DNA of 64,000 nucleotides from an uncultured Bacteroidales bacterium (GTDB lineage: Bacteria; Bacteroidota; Bacteroidia; Bacteroidales; G3-4614): the NCBI GenBank assembly GCA_949297125.1, contig CASFRS010000020.1, forward strand, positions 84,817 through 148,816, read 5' to 3'. The notes beneath the pieces were generated by a model that was given only the letters and a program-made list of their open reading frames with translations, did not search any database and had not been told where the DNA came from. The position numbers and the translations under genes were made by a program. This document shows, piece by piece, positions 48,464 to 59,582 of the stretch (its first letter is position 1; every line of letters starts with the position of its first letter).

Positions 48464-50290
48464 TTACTTGAAACGCTTCGCGATTTCGTCCATGGAAAGG
48501 GTTATAAGGGTGGGACGCCCGTCGGGCGTGAAGTTGGCATGAGGCGAAGCAAACAGGTTTTCCGTAATCAGTTCCATTTCGCTGTCCGTCAGTTTCTGTC
48601 CGTACGGAATAGCCGTCTTTGCGGCGAGCGCAGAGGCAATCCTTTCATGGACAATGCTTTCGTCGGCCTTTCCGCAGTCGGCGGCCGATTCTATTATATT
48701 CAGCAGCAGCGATTCATAATCGTCTACCTTGATTCCCTCAGGGACGCCGGTAACCGAATATGCCCCGCCCCCCATGTCCGATATTTCAAACCCCATGCCG
48801 GCGAGGCTCTCTTCAATGCCCGACAGGATTCCGGCCTGCGACTGCGATAAGTTTACAATCTGCGGGAACAGTATTTTCTGTATGGTCCCGCCGCAGCCGT
48901 TGATCTGCTCCATGTATTTGTCGAACAGGATACGGGTGTGCGCCCTGTGCTGATCCACTACTACCATCCCCGATTTTATGCTTGTAACGATATACCTGTC
49001 CTTTACCTGCAGGTAGTTGCTGCACGTTTGCGGCGCGGATGCGAACAGCTGTTCACTGTTCTGCAGCGGGCTTCCGGTATCGTCGGCGTCGGGCAAAACG
49101 GCCAGGTCCGTCAGAGCGGAATCTTTCCTTTCAAAATTGTCATAGAGTTTATGCCAGTCGTCATTGACGGCGTTATACTTGAACTTGAACGGATTATAGT
49201 TGGGGTCATAGCTTATCTGCGGTTTCGGCGGCGTCGGCGTGCCGGCCTTGAATATCGGAATCTCCGGAGCGTCCTCCGTGTCGAAGTCTATTGACGGTAC
49301 GGCATTGAACTTGCCGAGCGATTCCTTCACTGCCGCCGCGATGATAGGCCAGATTGTCTGTTCGTTTTCAAACTTTATTTCAGTCTTCGTAGGGTGGATA
49401 TTGACATCGATTTCCTCCGGGTTTACCGTAAGGTTAATGAAGTAGTTGGGCATTTCTCCGGGAGGGATCAGGTTGTCGTAGCACGATGTTACCGCCTTGT
49501 TGAAATACGGATGTTTCATGTACCGGCCGTTTACGAAAAAATATTGCAGGGCCCCCCGTTTCCTGGCGGCCTCGGGTTTGCCGACGAACCCCGATATTTT
49601 TACCACTACCGTATCGACGTTTACAGGCAGGAGCTGCTGGTTCATCGATTTGCCGAATATCGATATTATCCGTTGCAGCATCGATGACGGCAGCAGGTTG
49701 TATACATCCGTGCCGTTGTGCGTAAGCGAAAAGGCAATTCCCGGGTTTGCAATGGCAACGCGTTCAAATTCGGTGGCTATATTGCTGAACTCCACATTGT
49801 TCGATTTCAGGAACTTTCTTCTGGCAGGCACGTTGAAGAAAATATCCCTTACGGCGAAATTGGCGCCCACGGGAGTACTTGCGGCCTCCTGCGATTCCAC
49901 TTTCGATGCCGCAATGTTCAGTACCGTGCCTACCTCGTCCTCCTCCCTGCGTGTCCGCAGTTCCACGTGGGCAATGGCAGCAATCGAGGCAAGGGCCTCG
50001 CCCCTGAACCCCATGCTTTTCAGTGCGAACAAATCGGAAGCGTTCCTTATTTTTGACGTGGCATGCCGTTCAAAGCAGAGGCGCGCATCGGTCCCCGACA
50101 TCCCCTTGCCGTTGTCGATTACCTGAATCAGCGTCCTCCCGGCATCCTTGATTATTATGTTTATTTTGGTAGCGCCCGCATCAATCGAGTTCTCCACAAG
50201 TTCCTTTACAACCGAAGCCGGACGCTGGATAACCTCGCCGGCAGCAATCTGGTTCGCTACTGAATCGGGCAATAGATGAATTATATCCAT
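48464..50290 (-). CDS. mutL: DNA mismatch repair protein MutL
   Basis: Start trimmed to MDIIHLLPDSVANQIAAGEVIQRPASVVKELVENSIDAG, the GHKL ATPase N-terminus. ~608 aa. Confidence 0.95.
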   Translation of the reverse strand: MDIIHLLPDSVANQIAAGEVIQRPASVVKELVENSIDAGATKINIIIKDAGRTLIQVIDNGKGMSGTDARLCFERHATSKIRNASDLFALKSMGFRGEALASIAAIAHVELRTRREEDEVGTVLNIAASKVESQEAASTPVGANFAVRDIFFNVPARRKFLKSNNVEFSNIATEFERVAIANPGIAFSLTHNGTDVYNLLPSSMLQRIISIFGKSMNQQLLPVNVDTVVVKISGFVGKPEAARKRGALQYFFVNGRYMKHPYFNKAVTSCYDNLIPPGEMPNYFINLTVNPEEIDVNIHPTKTEIKFENEQTIWPIIAAAVKESLGKFNAVPSIDFDTEDAPEIPIFKAGTPTPPKPQISYDPNYNPFKFKYNAVNDDWHKLYDNFERKDSALTDLAVLPDADDTGSPLQNSEQLFASAPQTCSNYLQVKDRYIVTSIKSGMVVVDQHRAHTRILFDKYMEQINGCGGTIQKILFPQIVNLSQSQAGILSGIEESLAGMGFEISDMGGGAYSVTGVPEGIKVDDYESLLLNIIESAADCGKADESIVHERIASALAAKTAIPYGQKLTDSEMELITENLFASPHANFTPDGRPTLITLSMDEIAKRFK

Positions 50291-50373
50291 TTCTCTGTAA
50301 CCTCTCTTTCTAAAAAACGGCAGTAATGCGCAGAAACGGAAAACCCGCATCTCCATGCAATGCCTTGCCGGCC

Positions 50374-52071
50374 TCAGGGAACGGGCATGGGTTCAACCGT
50401 ATTGGAGAAAATCCTCCGTTTCTTCGTATTCTCGTCCGAATCGTTGAACGTCCTCCTGAAAATATCTTCAGGGTTCTTGGGCCTGATATCCTGGAACCAT
50501 TTGAAATCCGGCAGGTGCAGGTCCTTGGGCTTTATCATCGGGATAGGCGTCAAGGTTCCTTCAACCTCCGGCCACATGGTCAGTTTGTCCATTTTTCCCG
50601 TCTCGCGGTTTATCGTCATCGACAGGAAACCGCTTACGGCGTTGTTAAGCCCCGTAAAAGTGGAATCCTCCTCCTGCGGGTAGAAAATAGTCCTCACGTT
50701 CCCGCTCACGTCTACCCTGTCCAGGTTCCCGCCGACAAAGAACCCTTTCATGTCCTTGCCCGAAATCTGGTCGAAAAAGGCCGTATCCTTCTGCTGTACT
50801 GCAAAAGCGAACGTGGGAATATGCATCCAGTCTATCGTGGAGTCGTTCATGTAGATGCGGATAGTATCGCCGAAGAGCTGGTATGCGGTATTCCATATTA
50901 CCGGGTTGCGGAACATGTATATTGCCGTATCCTTCGAATCGAATACCATCGAGTCGCACACCCCCTGCAGGTCGCGCCGGTAGAACCTCGTATTGAAATA
51001 GGCCTTCATCAGGCGCGTCGAATCGGCAAGCGTTATCGTGCGCAGGGTATCGGCATGCAGGTAAAGGGTGTCCGCCTGCGAGCAGTCCACCATTACGGCC
51101 GAGTCGGTGGCCATGGCGCTGTCGTTCCGTTCAAAATAATAACCGTATTTTCCCTGCATTATCACCTTTCTCAAGGTGTCCTCGAGGAACATGTCCCCGA
51201 ACACCTCGCCGTACCCCCTGTCCCTGTCGTAGAAAATCGTATCGCCGGTCAGGAAATACGTCTTGTTTACCACAATGGAGCGTTTGTACAGCGTCGACTG
51301 GTTGTTGTTGGTGTCGTACCAGCCGCTGCGCGAATATATCGCGCCCGAATCGGACTGTATTACCGTAGGGCTGCAAATATCCGCAATGTGCGTCGATGTA
51401 TTGTAGTGGAGCGTATCGGAATAGAGCGTGGCGTTGTTCCCTTTCAGTTCCACGTCGAAGTAGAATATCGCGTCTTTCGTATCGGGCGAATACTCGCCGT
51501 ATATCGAGGTCAGTTCGTTCTGCGAGTCTATGATTTTCCCGCCCGTGTAGTAGTACCCTATGTTGGGAACAAGGTCGTAGTTGAGACTGTCGGTATAAAG
51601 GGTAACGTCCCTGTTCTGCAGCCTCACGTTGTAGCGTAGCCGGGCAATCTCGCCTACGCCGTCGTAGTACATCACGTCGCTGAACACGAACAGGGTGTCC
51701 CCCTGTTCCATCCTCACATTCCCGAAAGCGTCCATCGAGTTGGAACTCTCATAAAAATACGCGCTGTCGCAGAACATCTTCATGCCGGCGCGGTGGAACT
51801 GCACGTTCCCTTTCAGAATCTGGAAGTCGGGGTTGGTATTCTGGTCGAAAACCAGTTCGTCGGCATAATCCAGAACAACCTTCTGTGTATCCTTAGCCGC
51901 TTCCTGCAACGGCGTCTTTTCAACCGCTATCGGCGTTTTGGGCTTGTCGCCGGCCGTTTCGGCATCATTGCCGACGGCCTTGCCCCAAACGCAAACAGAG
52001 AAAAGACACAGAACAAGAGTAATTATTCCATGTCTGTTCCTTGAATCCGTATTCCTTCCGGGATATTTCAT
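50374..52071 (-). CDS. OstA/LptD-N-terminal-like domain protein (periplasmic, beta-jellyroll repeats)
   Basis: Signal peptide, then repeated L.AD.(L/M).(Y/F)-type OstA-like segments. Conserved position between mutL and surA in Bacteroidales, recalled from memory. Confidence 0.6.
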   Translation of the reverse strand: MKYPGRNTDSRNRHGIITLVLCLFSVCVWGKAVGNDAETAGDKPKTPIAVEKTPLQEAAKDTQKVVLDYADELVFDQNTNPDFQILKGNVQFHRAGMKMFCDSAYFYESSNSMDAFGNVRMEQGDTLFVFSDVMYYDGVGEIARLRYNVRLQNRDVTLYTDSLNYDLVPNIGYYYTGGKIIDSQNELTSIYGEYSPDTKDAIFYFDVELKGNNATLYSDTLHYNTSTHIADICSPTVIQSDSGAIYSRSGWYDTNNNQSTLYKRSIVVNKTYFLTGDTIFYDRDRGYGEVFGDMFLEDTLRKVIMQGKYGYYFERNDSAMATDSAVMVDCSQADTLYLHADTLRTITLADSTRLMKAYFNTRFYRRDLQGVCDSMVFDSKDTAIYMFRNPVIWNTAYQLFGDTIRIYMNDSTIDWMHIPTFAFAVQQKDTAFFDQISGKDMKGFFVGGNLDRVDVSGNVRTIFYPQEEDSTFTGLNNAVSGFLSMTINRETGKMDKLTMWPEVEGTLTPIPMIKPKDLHLPDFKWFQDIRPKNPEDIFRRTFNDSDENTKKRRIFSNTVEPMPVP

Positions 52072-52083
52072 GATAAAACCGTA

Positions 52084-53448
52084 TTACTGCTGTTTTATGT
52101 TCCACCCGTCGTATTTGAAGTCGCAGTTCTGCCACCCGTCCTTTATCCTGACAAAAGTATCCTTCTGTTTGGTCCTTATCCAGTTCTCTATAAAATCGCT
52201 CTTTTTCCTGTTCTCTACAATCGATTTTATCATCTGGTAGTCGTCCGATATGTTGGCCTTGTGGCCGGGCACTCTCGTTTTCAGTTTTACGATAACAGCC
52301 ACGTCCCGTCCCATTTTCGGGTCTATCATTATGAACGGCGAGGAAACCTCCCCCGGTTGCAGGTTTGCAATGGCCTTTGCAATCTCCTGCGGAAGGTCGG
52401 CCATTTCAAACTTCGATATGCCGGTTCTCGGGTTTACCATAAGCCCGTGGTTGTTTCTCGTGTCCTTGTCCTGCGACAATGCCACAACGGCCTCCTCAAA
52501 CGTAAATTCCCCGTTTGCCATGTCGTTCCTGATAGAGTCGAGTTTTGCAATGCTCTTCTCCTTCTCGGCCTCCGATGCCTTCGGTTTCAGCAGGATGTGC
52601 CTTACGTTTATCCTGTCGCCGCGTCTCTCCACCAGCTGTATGATATGGTATCCGAACTCCGTTTCCACTATTTTCGATACCTTTTTGGGGTCGTTCAGGG
52701 AAAAGGCCGCATCGGCGAACTCCGGCACCCATTCTGCCCTTCCGGTAAAGCCTGTCTCTCCGCCTTGCCGGGCCGAGCCCGGATCTTCCGAATAAAGTAT
52801 GGCCAGCGTGGAGAACTCCGTCTCCCCGTTAATCACGCGGTCGGTATATTCGCGAAGCCGTGCCTTTATGTTGTCTATGTCGCTTTGCGGGATAAACGGA
52901 TGCAGTTCCAGCAACTGCACTTCAACCTGGGTGGGGACAAAAGGGACGCTGTCTTTAGGCATAACGTCGTAATACCGCCTTACATCCGAAGGCGTAACCT
53001 TTATGTCCTTGACAAGTTCGCGCTGCATCTCCTGGACAATGCTCTGCTCCCGTACCATCTCCGAAAGGAGTTCCCTCAGTTCCGGCATCGGTTTGCCGAA
53101 ATACTCTTCCACCTTTTCCTTCGAGCCTATATTGTCTATGAAGAAGTTTATGCGCCTTTCAACATCCTGCATTACCTGCGAGTCGCTTACCGTAATGCTG
53201 TCCAGGCTCGCCTGGTGCAGGAAAAGCTTGTTTACGGCCATCTGCTCCGGAATAAAGCAATACGGGTCCCCTTCAATCTTCTGCTTTTCGTACTGCATGT
53301 TCTTGTACTGCTCTTCAACCTGCGACCGCAATATAATCTCGTCCCCCACAACCCATACAATCTCGTCTATCGCATTGTCCTGCGCTCCTGCCGACAGGAA
53401 CGGCGCCGTCAAGGCCAGAACAAGAGATAAAAGCTTCAGTTTATACAT
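52084..53448 (-). CDS. surA: SurA-like peptidylprolyl isomerase (parvulin domain)
   Basis: Signal peptide, a SurA N-domain-like region and the parvulin motif FGYHIIQLVERR. Confidence 0.8.
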   Translation of the reverse strand: MYKLKLLSLVLALTAPFLSAGAQDNAIDEIVWVVGDEIILRSQVEEQYKNMQYEKQKIEGDPYCFIPEQMAVNKLFLHQASLDSITVSDSQVMQDVERRINFFIDNIGSKEKVEEYFGKPMPELRELLSEMVREQSIVQEMQRELVKDIKVTPSDVRRYYDVMPKDSVPFVPTQVEVQLLELHPFIPQSDIDNIKARLREYTDRVINGETEFSTLAILYSEDPGSARQGGETGFTGRAEWVPEFADAAFSLNDPKKVSKIVETEFGYHIIQLVERRGDRINVRHILLKPKASEAEKEKSIAKLDSIRNDMANGEFTFEEAVVALSQDKDTRNNHGLMVNPRTGISKFEMADLPQEIAKAIANLQPGEVSSPFIMIDPKMGRDVAVIVKLKTRVPGHKANISDDYQMIKSIVENRKKSDFIENWIRTKQKDTFVRIKDGWQNCDFKYDGWNIKQQ

Positions 53449-53452
53449 ATGG

Positions 53453-55411
53453 CTATTGCTCCTTTATCGTTTCAACAACATTGTCGTATATGACAACGTC
53501 GTACTTTTTGTTCAAATCCTTCACCCATTCTTTCTCCAGTTCGTCCTGGTAGTCCGATATTACGCGGCCTCTTACATCGGTGTAGCATTCCGGGCCTTTT
53601 TTCAGCAGCTTGCCCCTGGTAAATACAACGGGCAGCGTCTTGTCCGCCGGCTTGTCGCCGATGCCGAAAACGCAGCAGTCAACAATCCCGTTATCGCCGC
53701 AGGCAAACAGGCCTTTCTTTATATTTACCCGTTTCACCCCGTTACCGTTGAATTCCCTGTAAATCTCATACACGGCAGAATCGCCCGAAAGTTCGTCCAG
53801 CCTTTTCCCGACAAGCCCTGCAATACTGTCGTCCATACACTCTACGGCGTACCCCTTGAACCGTGGCGATTCCCAAGCGTAGTCCCTTTTGTGTCTCCTG
53901 AAATATTTCTTCAGTCCTTTTACGTCCTTTGAAGCCTTGTCCCACACCATGCGGGTGCTTATGTCAAAAAGCAGTATGCCGTCGTGGTATTCGTTCACGA
54001 GGTTTTTGAAGTCGGGATATTTCTCTTCCAGCCGGGAGTCTTCATACGTCAGAATCGAGTAGTCGATAAAAGCCTCCATCCGTTCCATCAGCATTTCAAT
54101 GTTGCTGCCCGTGGCCTGCGAGGCCCTGTGTCCCGACAGGAACCCGGCAAAATCGGCCGCCGTGAAATCTTTTCCGGCAAAAGAAAAGATAACATCGTCG
54201 CTGTCGGCAATCCGGTCCGCAAAACGGGTGTCGTCCGGACGGTACGAAACCGCAACGCTCTCTAATTTTTCCATGTTCGGGCCGTTGAAACTGTAACCGT
54301 ACTCACCTTTCAGTTTCTCTACAAGGGCTTTCCTTGCCGCACCGGCACGCTCGTCCCTTGAAATGCGCCTTATAATATCCCGTTTCAAGTCGGCCAGAGG
54401 CTTTACTCCCCGTTTTTCGACGAGTTTTATAATGTGCCACCCGTACGGCGACAGGAACGGTTCCGAAACATCACCCGCTTCTTTCAGGGCAAAGGCAACA
54501 TCTTCATACTCTTTTACAATCCTTCCCGACGAGAGCCACGGCATAAGCCCGCCGCGTTTGCTGCTCTCGCTGTCTTCCGAATACTTTTCCGCCATTTCGG
54601 CAAAATCCGCTCCGGCGACAATCCTTTCATATATGCCGAATATGGAATCCCTCTTCAACTGCCTTATATTCTCGGGCGCTCCGGCGGGGAGTTTCAGCAT
54701 TATGTGTGCCGTCCTTATTTCCCCGGGGTTGGGGCGGCGGCTGATAACCTTTACTATATGGTAGCCGTACCGGCTCAGTGCAGGTTCCGAAACTTCGCCG
54801 GTCTTTGTGGCGTATGCGGCATCCTCAAACGGAAGCACCGTCATAAAGCCGCGTATGAAACCTATGTACCCGCCGTTGTCGGCGGTCGAACGGTCGTCCG
54901 AGAATTTTGCGGCAAGTTCCTCGAAACTCTTTCCGCCCCTTATCTCCGTTACAATGCTTTTCGCCTTTTTATAAACCTCGTCTTCCCCTTTTCCGGGCAA
55001 TTTGCCGTCTACTGTAAGCAGTATGTGGGCAACCTCAACATCCGTCTTGAGCCTGTCGTAAGCCTCTGCCACGAGGCTGTCTTCAACTGCGGAATCCTTC
55101 AGGTACGGTTCGGCAAGCTGGTTGCGGTATCCGGTAAACTCTTTTATGAACGCTTCGGTAGTATCTATGCCGCAGGCTTCCGCCTCCATAACCTTCAGCT
55201 TGTAATCCCTGAACATATCCACATATTCGTCCAGGCTTCTTTTTTCTATCTGTTGCCGGATATTTTTGTTGTATATATATTCAAACTCCGACTTTTTGAA
55301 CTCTTTTCCGTCGACGGACATTATGACAGGGTCGTCGGTTACCCCGGCAAATCCCGGAACAAATATCGCAGAAAGCGTCAGTGTCAGCAACAAGTTCTTT
55401 CCGTACATCAT
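53453..55411 (-). CDS. Peptidylprolyl isomerase with two parvulin domains (PpiD/SurA-like)
   Basis: Start trimmed to MMYGKNLLLTLTLSAIFVPGFAG. Parvulin motifs YGYHIVKVISRR and YGWHIIKLVEKR. Confidence 0.8.
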   Translation of the reverse strand: MMYGKNLLLTLTLSAIFVPGFAGVTDDPVIMSVDGKEFKKSEFEYIYNKNIRQQIEKRSLDEYVDMFRDYKLKVMEAEACGIDTTEAFIKEFTGYRNQLAEPYLKDSAVEDSLVAEAYDRLKTDVEVAHILLTVDGKLPGKGEDEVYKKAKSIVTEIRGGKSFEELAAKFSDDRSTADNGGYIGFIRGFMTVLPFEDAAYATKTGEVSEPALSRYGYHIVKVISRRPNPGEIRTAHIMLKLPAGAPENIRQLKRDSIFGIYERIVAGADFAEMAEKYSEDSESSKRGGLMPWLSSGRIVKEYEDVAFALKEAGDVSEPFLSPYGWHIIKLVEKRGVKPLADLKRDIIRRISRDERAGAARKALVEKLKGEYGYSFNGPNMEKLESVAVSYRPDDTRFADRIADSDDVIFSFAGKDFTAADFAGFLSGHRASQATGSNIEMLMERMEAFIDYSILTYEDSRLEEKYPDFKNLVNEYHDGILLFDISTRMVWDKASKDVKGLKKYFRRHKRDYAWESPRFKGYAVECMDDSIAGLVGKRLDELSGDSAVYEIYREFNGNGVKRVNIKKGLFACGDNGIVDCCVFGIGDKPADKTLPVVFTRGKLLKKGPECYTDVRGRVISDYQDELEKEWVKDLNKKYDVVIYDNVVETIKEQ

Positions 55412-55644
55412 AATAAAGTTATAGAATGGATAAAACAACAGTTGAATCTGTAAAATAACGCATTTTCCCTGTAAAAATTGTACCGGAAAATTTGCAGCCG
55501 CGAAAAATGCGGGACAGGGCCTCTTGCATTTACCTCTGGCGGCATCCCTGAAAGGGCAGGGGCAGGCCTCCCGCAAACCCACAGGGCGTCATGCCGCGGA
55601 AGGCGGCCGGCAGGCAAAAACGGCAGGGGCGTCCCTCCTCTCTG

Positions 55645-55712
55645 AAAAAAACGTTTACCCGCGGCACGGAAGAGCGCGTTGGCAGTATGCGGCGCTCTTC
55701 TCCCCGGGTAAA
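55645..55712 (-). terminator. Rho-independent terminator of guaB
   Basis: Two-tier hairpin: TTTACCCG/CGGGTAAA outer stem and GAAGAGCGC/GCGCTCTTC inner stem. Followed on the minus strand by CGTTTTTTT. Confidence 0.75.
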
Positions 55713-55757
55713 ACATCTCTTTCCTTTCCGCTTATCTGACGTACAGTCGGGAAAGCA

Positions 55758-57233
55758 TTACTCCCCGCGGCTGTAGTTGGGCGATTCGCTGGTAATCGTT
55801 ACGTCGTGGGGGTGGCTTTCCGCAACTCCGGCATTGGTTATGCGGGTGAATTTGGCGTCGTGCAGCTTCTCTATGTTCTTTGCGCCGCAATACCCCATAC
55901 CCGAACGGAGTCCGCCAACCATTTGGTAAACCACTTCGTAGAGAGAACCTTTATACGGTACGCGTGCCGAAATTCCTTCCGGAACGAGTTTTTTCGTGTC
56001 CGTTTCCTGAGCCTGGAAGTAGCGGTCTTTCGACCCTTTCTCCATGGCTTCGAGCGAGCCCATTCCCCTGTACGACTTGAATTTCCTGCCGTTGTATATT
56101 ATGGTTTCGCCCGGCGACTCCTCGACACCGGCAAGCAGTCCGCCCAGCATTACCGAGTGGGCCCCGGCCGCAAGCGCCTTTACAATATCCCCCGAGTATC
56201 GTATGCCGCCGTCGGCAATCAACGGAATATCAGTGCCTTTAAGCGCCTTTGCGACATCGTAGACCGCACTCAGCTGCGGTACCCCTATACCTGCAATTAT
56301 ACGCGTCGTACAGATAGAACCCGGGCCAATACCCACCTTTACGCAGTCTGCGCCGGCATCGGCCAGGAACCTTGCCGCATCGCCGGTGGCAATGTTGCCC
56401 ACAACCACGTCTATGTTTGAGAAGCGGCCCTTTATCTTTCCGAGCAGTTCGGTAACGTTCTTCGAGTGTCCGTGGGCGGTATCTATGACAAGGGCGTCCA
56501 CTCCGGCATTGACAAGTTCCGCGGCACGCTCCAGTGCATCGCCCGTTATCCCTATTCCGGCGGCCACCCGCAGGCGGCCCAGTTTGTCTTTGCAGGCGTA
56601 CGGCTTGTCTTTGGCTTTGGTAATATCCTTGTAGGTTACCAGACCCACAAGCTTGCCGTTTTTGTCCACAACGGGCAGTTTCTCTATCTTGTGTTCCTGA
56701 AGTATGTCGGCAGCCTGCTGGAGGTCGGTCGACTGCGTTGTGGTTACGAGGTTCTCTGTAGTCATAACCTCGTCTATCTTGCGGTTCAGGTTCCTTTCAA
56801 AACGCAGGTCCCTGTTGGTAACTATACCCACCAGGTTGCGTTCGTCGTCCACAACGGGAATACCGCCTATGTGGTATTCGTTCATTATGGCGAGGGCATC
56901 CGATACCGTCGAGCCCCTCTTTATGGTAACCGGGTCGTATATCATTCCGTTTTCGGCGCGTTTTACGGCGTGTACCTGTTTGGCCTGGGCCTCTATGGTC
57001 ATGCTTTTGTGTATAACGCCTATTCCGCCCTCTCTGGCAATGGCAATGGCCAGCTGCGCTTCCGTTACTGTATCCATTGCTGCGGATACTACAGGTATGT
57101 TAAGTTGTATGTTACGGGAAAATTTCGTTCTGAGATCGACATCCTTCGGAAGAACCTCCGAATAAGCCGGTATTAAGAGAACATCATCGAACGTAAGGCC
57201 GTCCATCTGGATCTTTTCTGCAATAAATGACAT
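55758..57233 (-). CDS. guaB: IMP dehydrogenase
   Basis: Catalytic loop [11 protein letters not shown], a CBS pair and a total length of 491 aa. Confidence 0.97.
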   Translation of the reverse strand: MSFIAEKIQMDGLTFDDVLLIPAYSEVLPKDVDLRTKFSRNIQLNIPVVSAAMDTVTEAQLAIAIAREGGIGVIHKSMTIEAQAKQVHAVKRAENGMIYDPVTIKRGSTVSDALAIMNEYHIGGIPVVDDERNLVGIVTNRDLRFERNLNRKIDEVMTTENLVTTTQSTDLQQAADILQEHKIEKLPVVDKNGKLVGLVTYKDITKAKDKPYACKDKLGRLRVAAGIGITGDALERAAELVNAGVDALVIDTAHGHSKNVTELLGKIKGRFSNIDVVVGNIATGDAARFLADAGADCVKVGIGPGSICTTRIIAGIGVPQLSAVYDVAKALKGTDIPLIADGGIRYSGDIVKALAAGAHSVMLGGLLAGVEESPGETIIYNGRKFKSYRGMGSLEAMEKGSKDRYFQAQETDTKKLVPEGISARVPYKGSLYEVVYQMVGGLRSGMGYCGAKNIEKLHDAKFTRITNAGVAESHPHDVTITSESPNYSRGE

Positions 57234-57262
57234 AATGTATATGCTTTAAAATTTATTGCACG

Positions 57263-57270
57263 CAAAGATA
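57263..57270 (-). promoter_or_regulatory. -7 promoter box TATCTTTG (minus strand) for guaB
   Basis: The reverse complement of CAAAGATA matches TAnnTTTG, ~30 nt upstream of the guaB ATG. Confidence 0.45.
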
Positions 57271-57621
57271 CTAATAAACCCGTGCATGCAAAAATTTTCA
57301 GGACGCTTTTTTTAAAATTGCGCCGTTATAAAAAACCGGCCGGGTTACGGGGGAGGGTAAAACCGCGTCGGCCGGCAAATATGCTGTAGTAACAGAATCA
57401 GACGGTTAGGTCAAGTGTTAATAATTCTTTCTGTCAAAAGTTTTGCAAATGCGGGCTTTTTATTAATTTTACTGCGCAATTCAAAGAAAGGGTATCAGCC
57501 TTTGCCGTACCGGCCGCAGGTGGGTAGGCAGGGCGTTTACAGGCAGGCCGTGTAAAGGCCTGTTCAAAAAAGAGGATAACATAAATATCGGGCATTTCCG
57601 GTATTTGAGAACACATACCAT

Positions 57622-58269
57622 ATGAATAATTCATTTTTCAGCAGGTTTACTCCCAAAGAACCTAAATTCTTTCCATTGTTAAAAAATCTGTCATTAGTAG
57701 TCCTGTCCGCTGCCGAACTGTTGGAAGAGACCCTTAAGCACGACTCTCCCGAAGAACGCATGGCATATTACAAAAAGATAAAGGAAAAAGAACGCGAGGG
57801 GGACACCCTTACCCACACCATACAGGACGAGTTGAGTTCCACGTTCATTACTCCGTTCGACAGGGAAGACATCCATGCGCTGGCATCGCACATGGACGAT
57901 GTGATAGACGGGATAAACAGCTGCGTAAAGCGCATATCCATATATAACCCCAAGCCCATAGGCGCCAGCGGCAAAGAGTTGGCGAAACTCATACACGAGG
58001 AGGCCGAGTGTATCTGCAAGTCTATGGACGAACTCGAGACGTTCCGTAAAAATCCGGCGAAGCTGCGCGAATACTGCACCCGTCTGCACGACATAGAAAA
58101 CGCGGCCGACGATTTGTACGAATACTTCATAACGAAACTCTTCCAGGAAGAAAAGGACTGTATAGAAATAATAAAGATAAAGGAAATAATGCACGGCCTT
58201 GAGCGTACAACCGACTCGGCCGAACACGTAGGCAAGATATTGCGCACATATATAGTCAAATACACATAA
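57622..58269 (+). CDS. DUF47 family protein (PhoU-like partner of Pit transporters)
   Basis: FSRFTPKEPKFFPLL... and the FITPFDREDIHALA motif. Directly upstream of pitA. Confidence 0.85.
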   Translation: MNNSFFSRFTPKEPKFFPLLKNLSLVVLSAAELLEETLKHDSPEERMAYYKKIKEKEREGDTLTHTIQDELSSTFITPFDREDIHALASHMDDVIDGINSCVKRISIYNPKPIGASGKELAKLIHEEAECICKSMDELETFRKNPAKLREYCTRLHDIENAADDLYEYFITKLFQEEKDCIEIIKIKEIMHGLERTTDSAEHVGKILRTYIVKYT

Positions 58270-58285
58270 TATTCCCCCGACGCAA

Positions 58286-59305
58286 ATGGAACTGTTGATA
58301 ATAATAATAGTGCTTGCGTTGGTATTCGACTATATCAACGGCTTTCACGATTCGGCCAATTCCATTGCCACGATAGTCTCCACAAAAGTACTCACGCCGT
58401 TTCAGGCCGTATTGTGGGCTGCATTTTTCAATTTCGTGGCATACTTCATAGCAAAGCACATAATAGGAGGGTTCGGTATAGCCAATACCGTATCCAAGAC
58501 CGTAATAGAAGAGTATATAACGCTTCCCATAATATTGTCGGGCATAATAGCCGCAATACTGTGGAACCTGATAACGTGGAAAAAGGGAATCCCGTCGTCA
58601 TCCTCGCACACCCTCATAGGGGGGTTCGCCGGGGCGGCGATAATGGCCTGCGGGTTCAAGGCCATACATGCCGGTATAATACTCAAGATAGCGGCATTCA
58701 TATTCCTTGCCCCCCTTATAGGCATGGTAATAGCCCTGGGCTTTACGCTGGCTGTGCTTTACGCATGCCGCAAAGCGCACCCGCACCGTGCCGAAGTCTG
58801 GTTCAAGCACCTGCAGTTGGTATCGTCCGCCCTTTTCAGCATAGGGCACGGCTTGAACGACTCGCAGAAAGTAATGGGTATAATAGCGGCAGCCATGATA
58901 TCGGCACACGGAATGGGCCTTGACATAGGCATAACCAGCATCAACGACATGCCCGGATGGATACCCCTGTCGTGCTTTACGGCAATATCGCTCGGGACAA
59001 TGTCAGGCGGGTGGAAGATAGTGAAGACCATGGGGACGAAGATAACCAAGGTAACCCCCCTTGAAGGAGTGGTGGCCGAAACGGCGGGAGCTTTCACCCT
59101 GTACATAACCGAAATACTGAAAATACCCGTAAGTACTACCCATACCATAACCGGGGCGATAATAGGCGTAGGGGCGACAAAACGCCTTTCGGCGGTGCGG
59201 TGGGGAATAACCCGCAGCCTTATGGTGGCGTGGATACTTACAATTCCGGTCAGCGGGCTTTTGGCCGCGTTGATATATCTGGTGCTCTCACCGGTGCTTG
59301 TATAG
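58286..59305 (+). CDS. pitA: Inorganic phosphate transporter, PiT family
   Basis: FDYINGFHDSANSIAT and GLNDSQK PiT signatures. 339-aa polytopic protein. Confidence 0.9.
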   Translation: MELLIIIIVLALVFDYINGFHDSANSIATIVSTKVLTPFQAVLWAAFFNFVAYFIAKHIIGGFGIANTVSKTVIEEYITLPIILSGIIAAILWNLITWKKGIPSSSSHTLIGGFAGAAIMACGFKAIHAGIILKIAAFIFLAPLIGMVIALGFTLAVLYACRKAHPHRAEVWFKHLQLVSSALFSIGHGLNDSQKVMGIIAAAMISAHGMGLDIGITSINDMPGWIPLSCFTAISLGTMSGGWKIVKTMGTKITKVTPLEGVVAETAGAFTLYITEILKIPVSTTHTITGAIIGVGATKRLSAVRWGITRSLMVAWILTIPVSGLLAALIYLVLSPVLV

Positions 59306-59381
59306 CGGGTCTGTATCGGGGGTGCGGCGGGGCGTTGCGGTGTACCGCACCCGTACCCGGTATGCAGGCAGTCGGCCGGTA

Positions 59382-59582
59382 GTTGCAATCCCGGCCCGTC
59401 AGGCATAACGATTTCCGAATCCGCTAAAAGCGTATCCTGAACTTTGAAACGGCTGTGTGCCGGTTGTTTCGGATTGCAACCTTTAACTGTCGGGCGGCAA
59501 GCCCGGCTGTCTTTACCCGAACAGGAACCGGGCGTTTCGGGTTGCAAATCCTGATACCCGATGCAATCGGATTGCAACTCCC
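59382..59582. promoter_or_regulatory. Cluster of four to five palindromic GGATTGCAATCC-like sites (candidate operator array)
   Basis: AGTTGCAATCC (59381-59391), GGATTGCAACC (59471-59481), GGGTTGCAAATCC (59539-59551), GATGCAATC (59560-59568) and GGATTGCAACTCC (59570-59582). Confidence 0.35.
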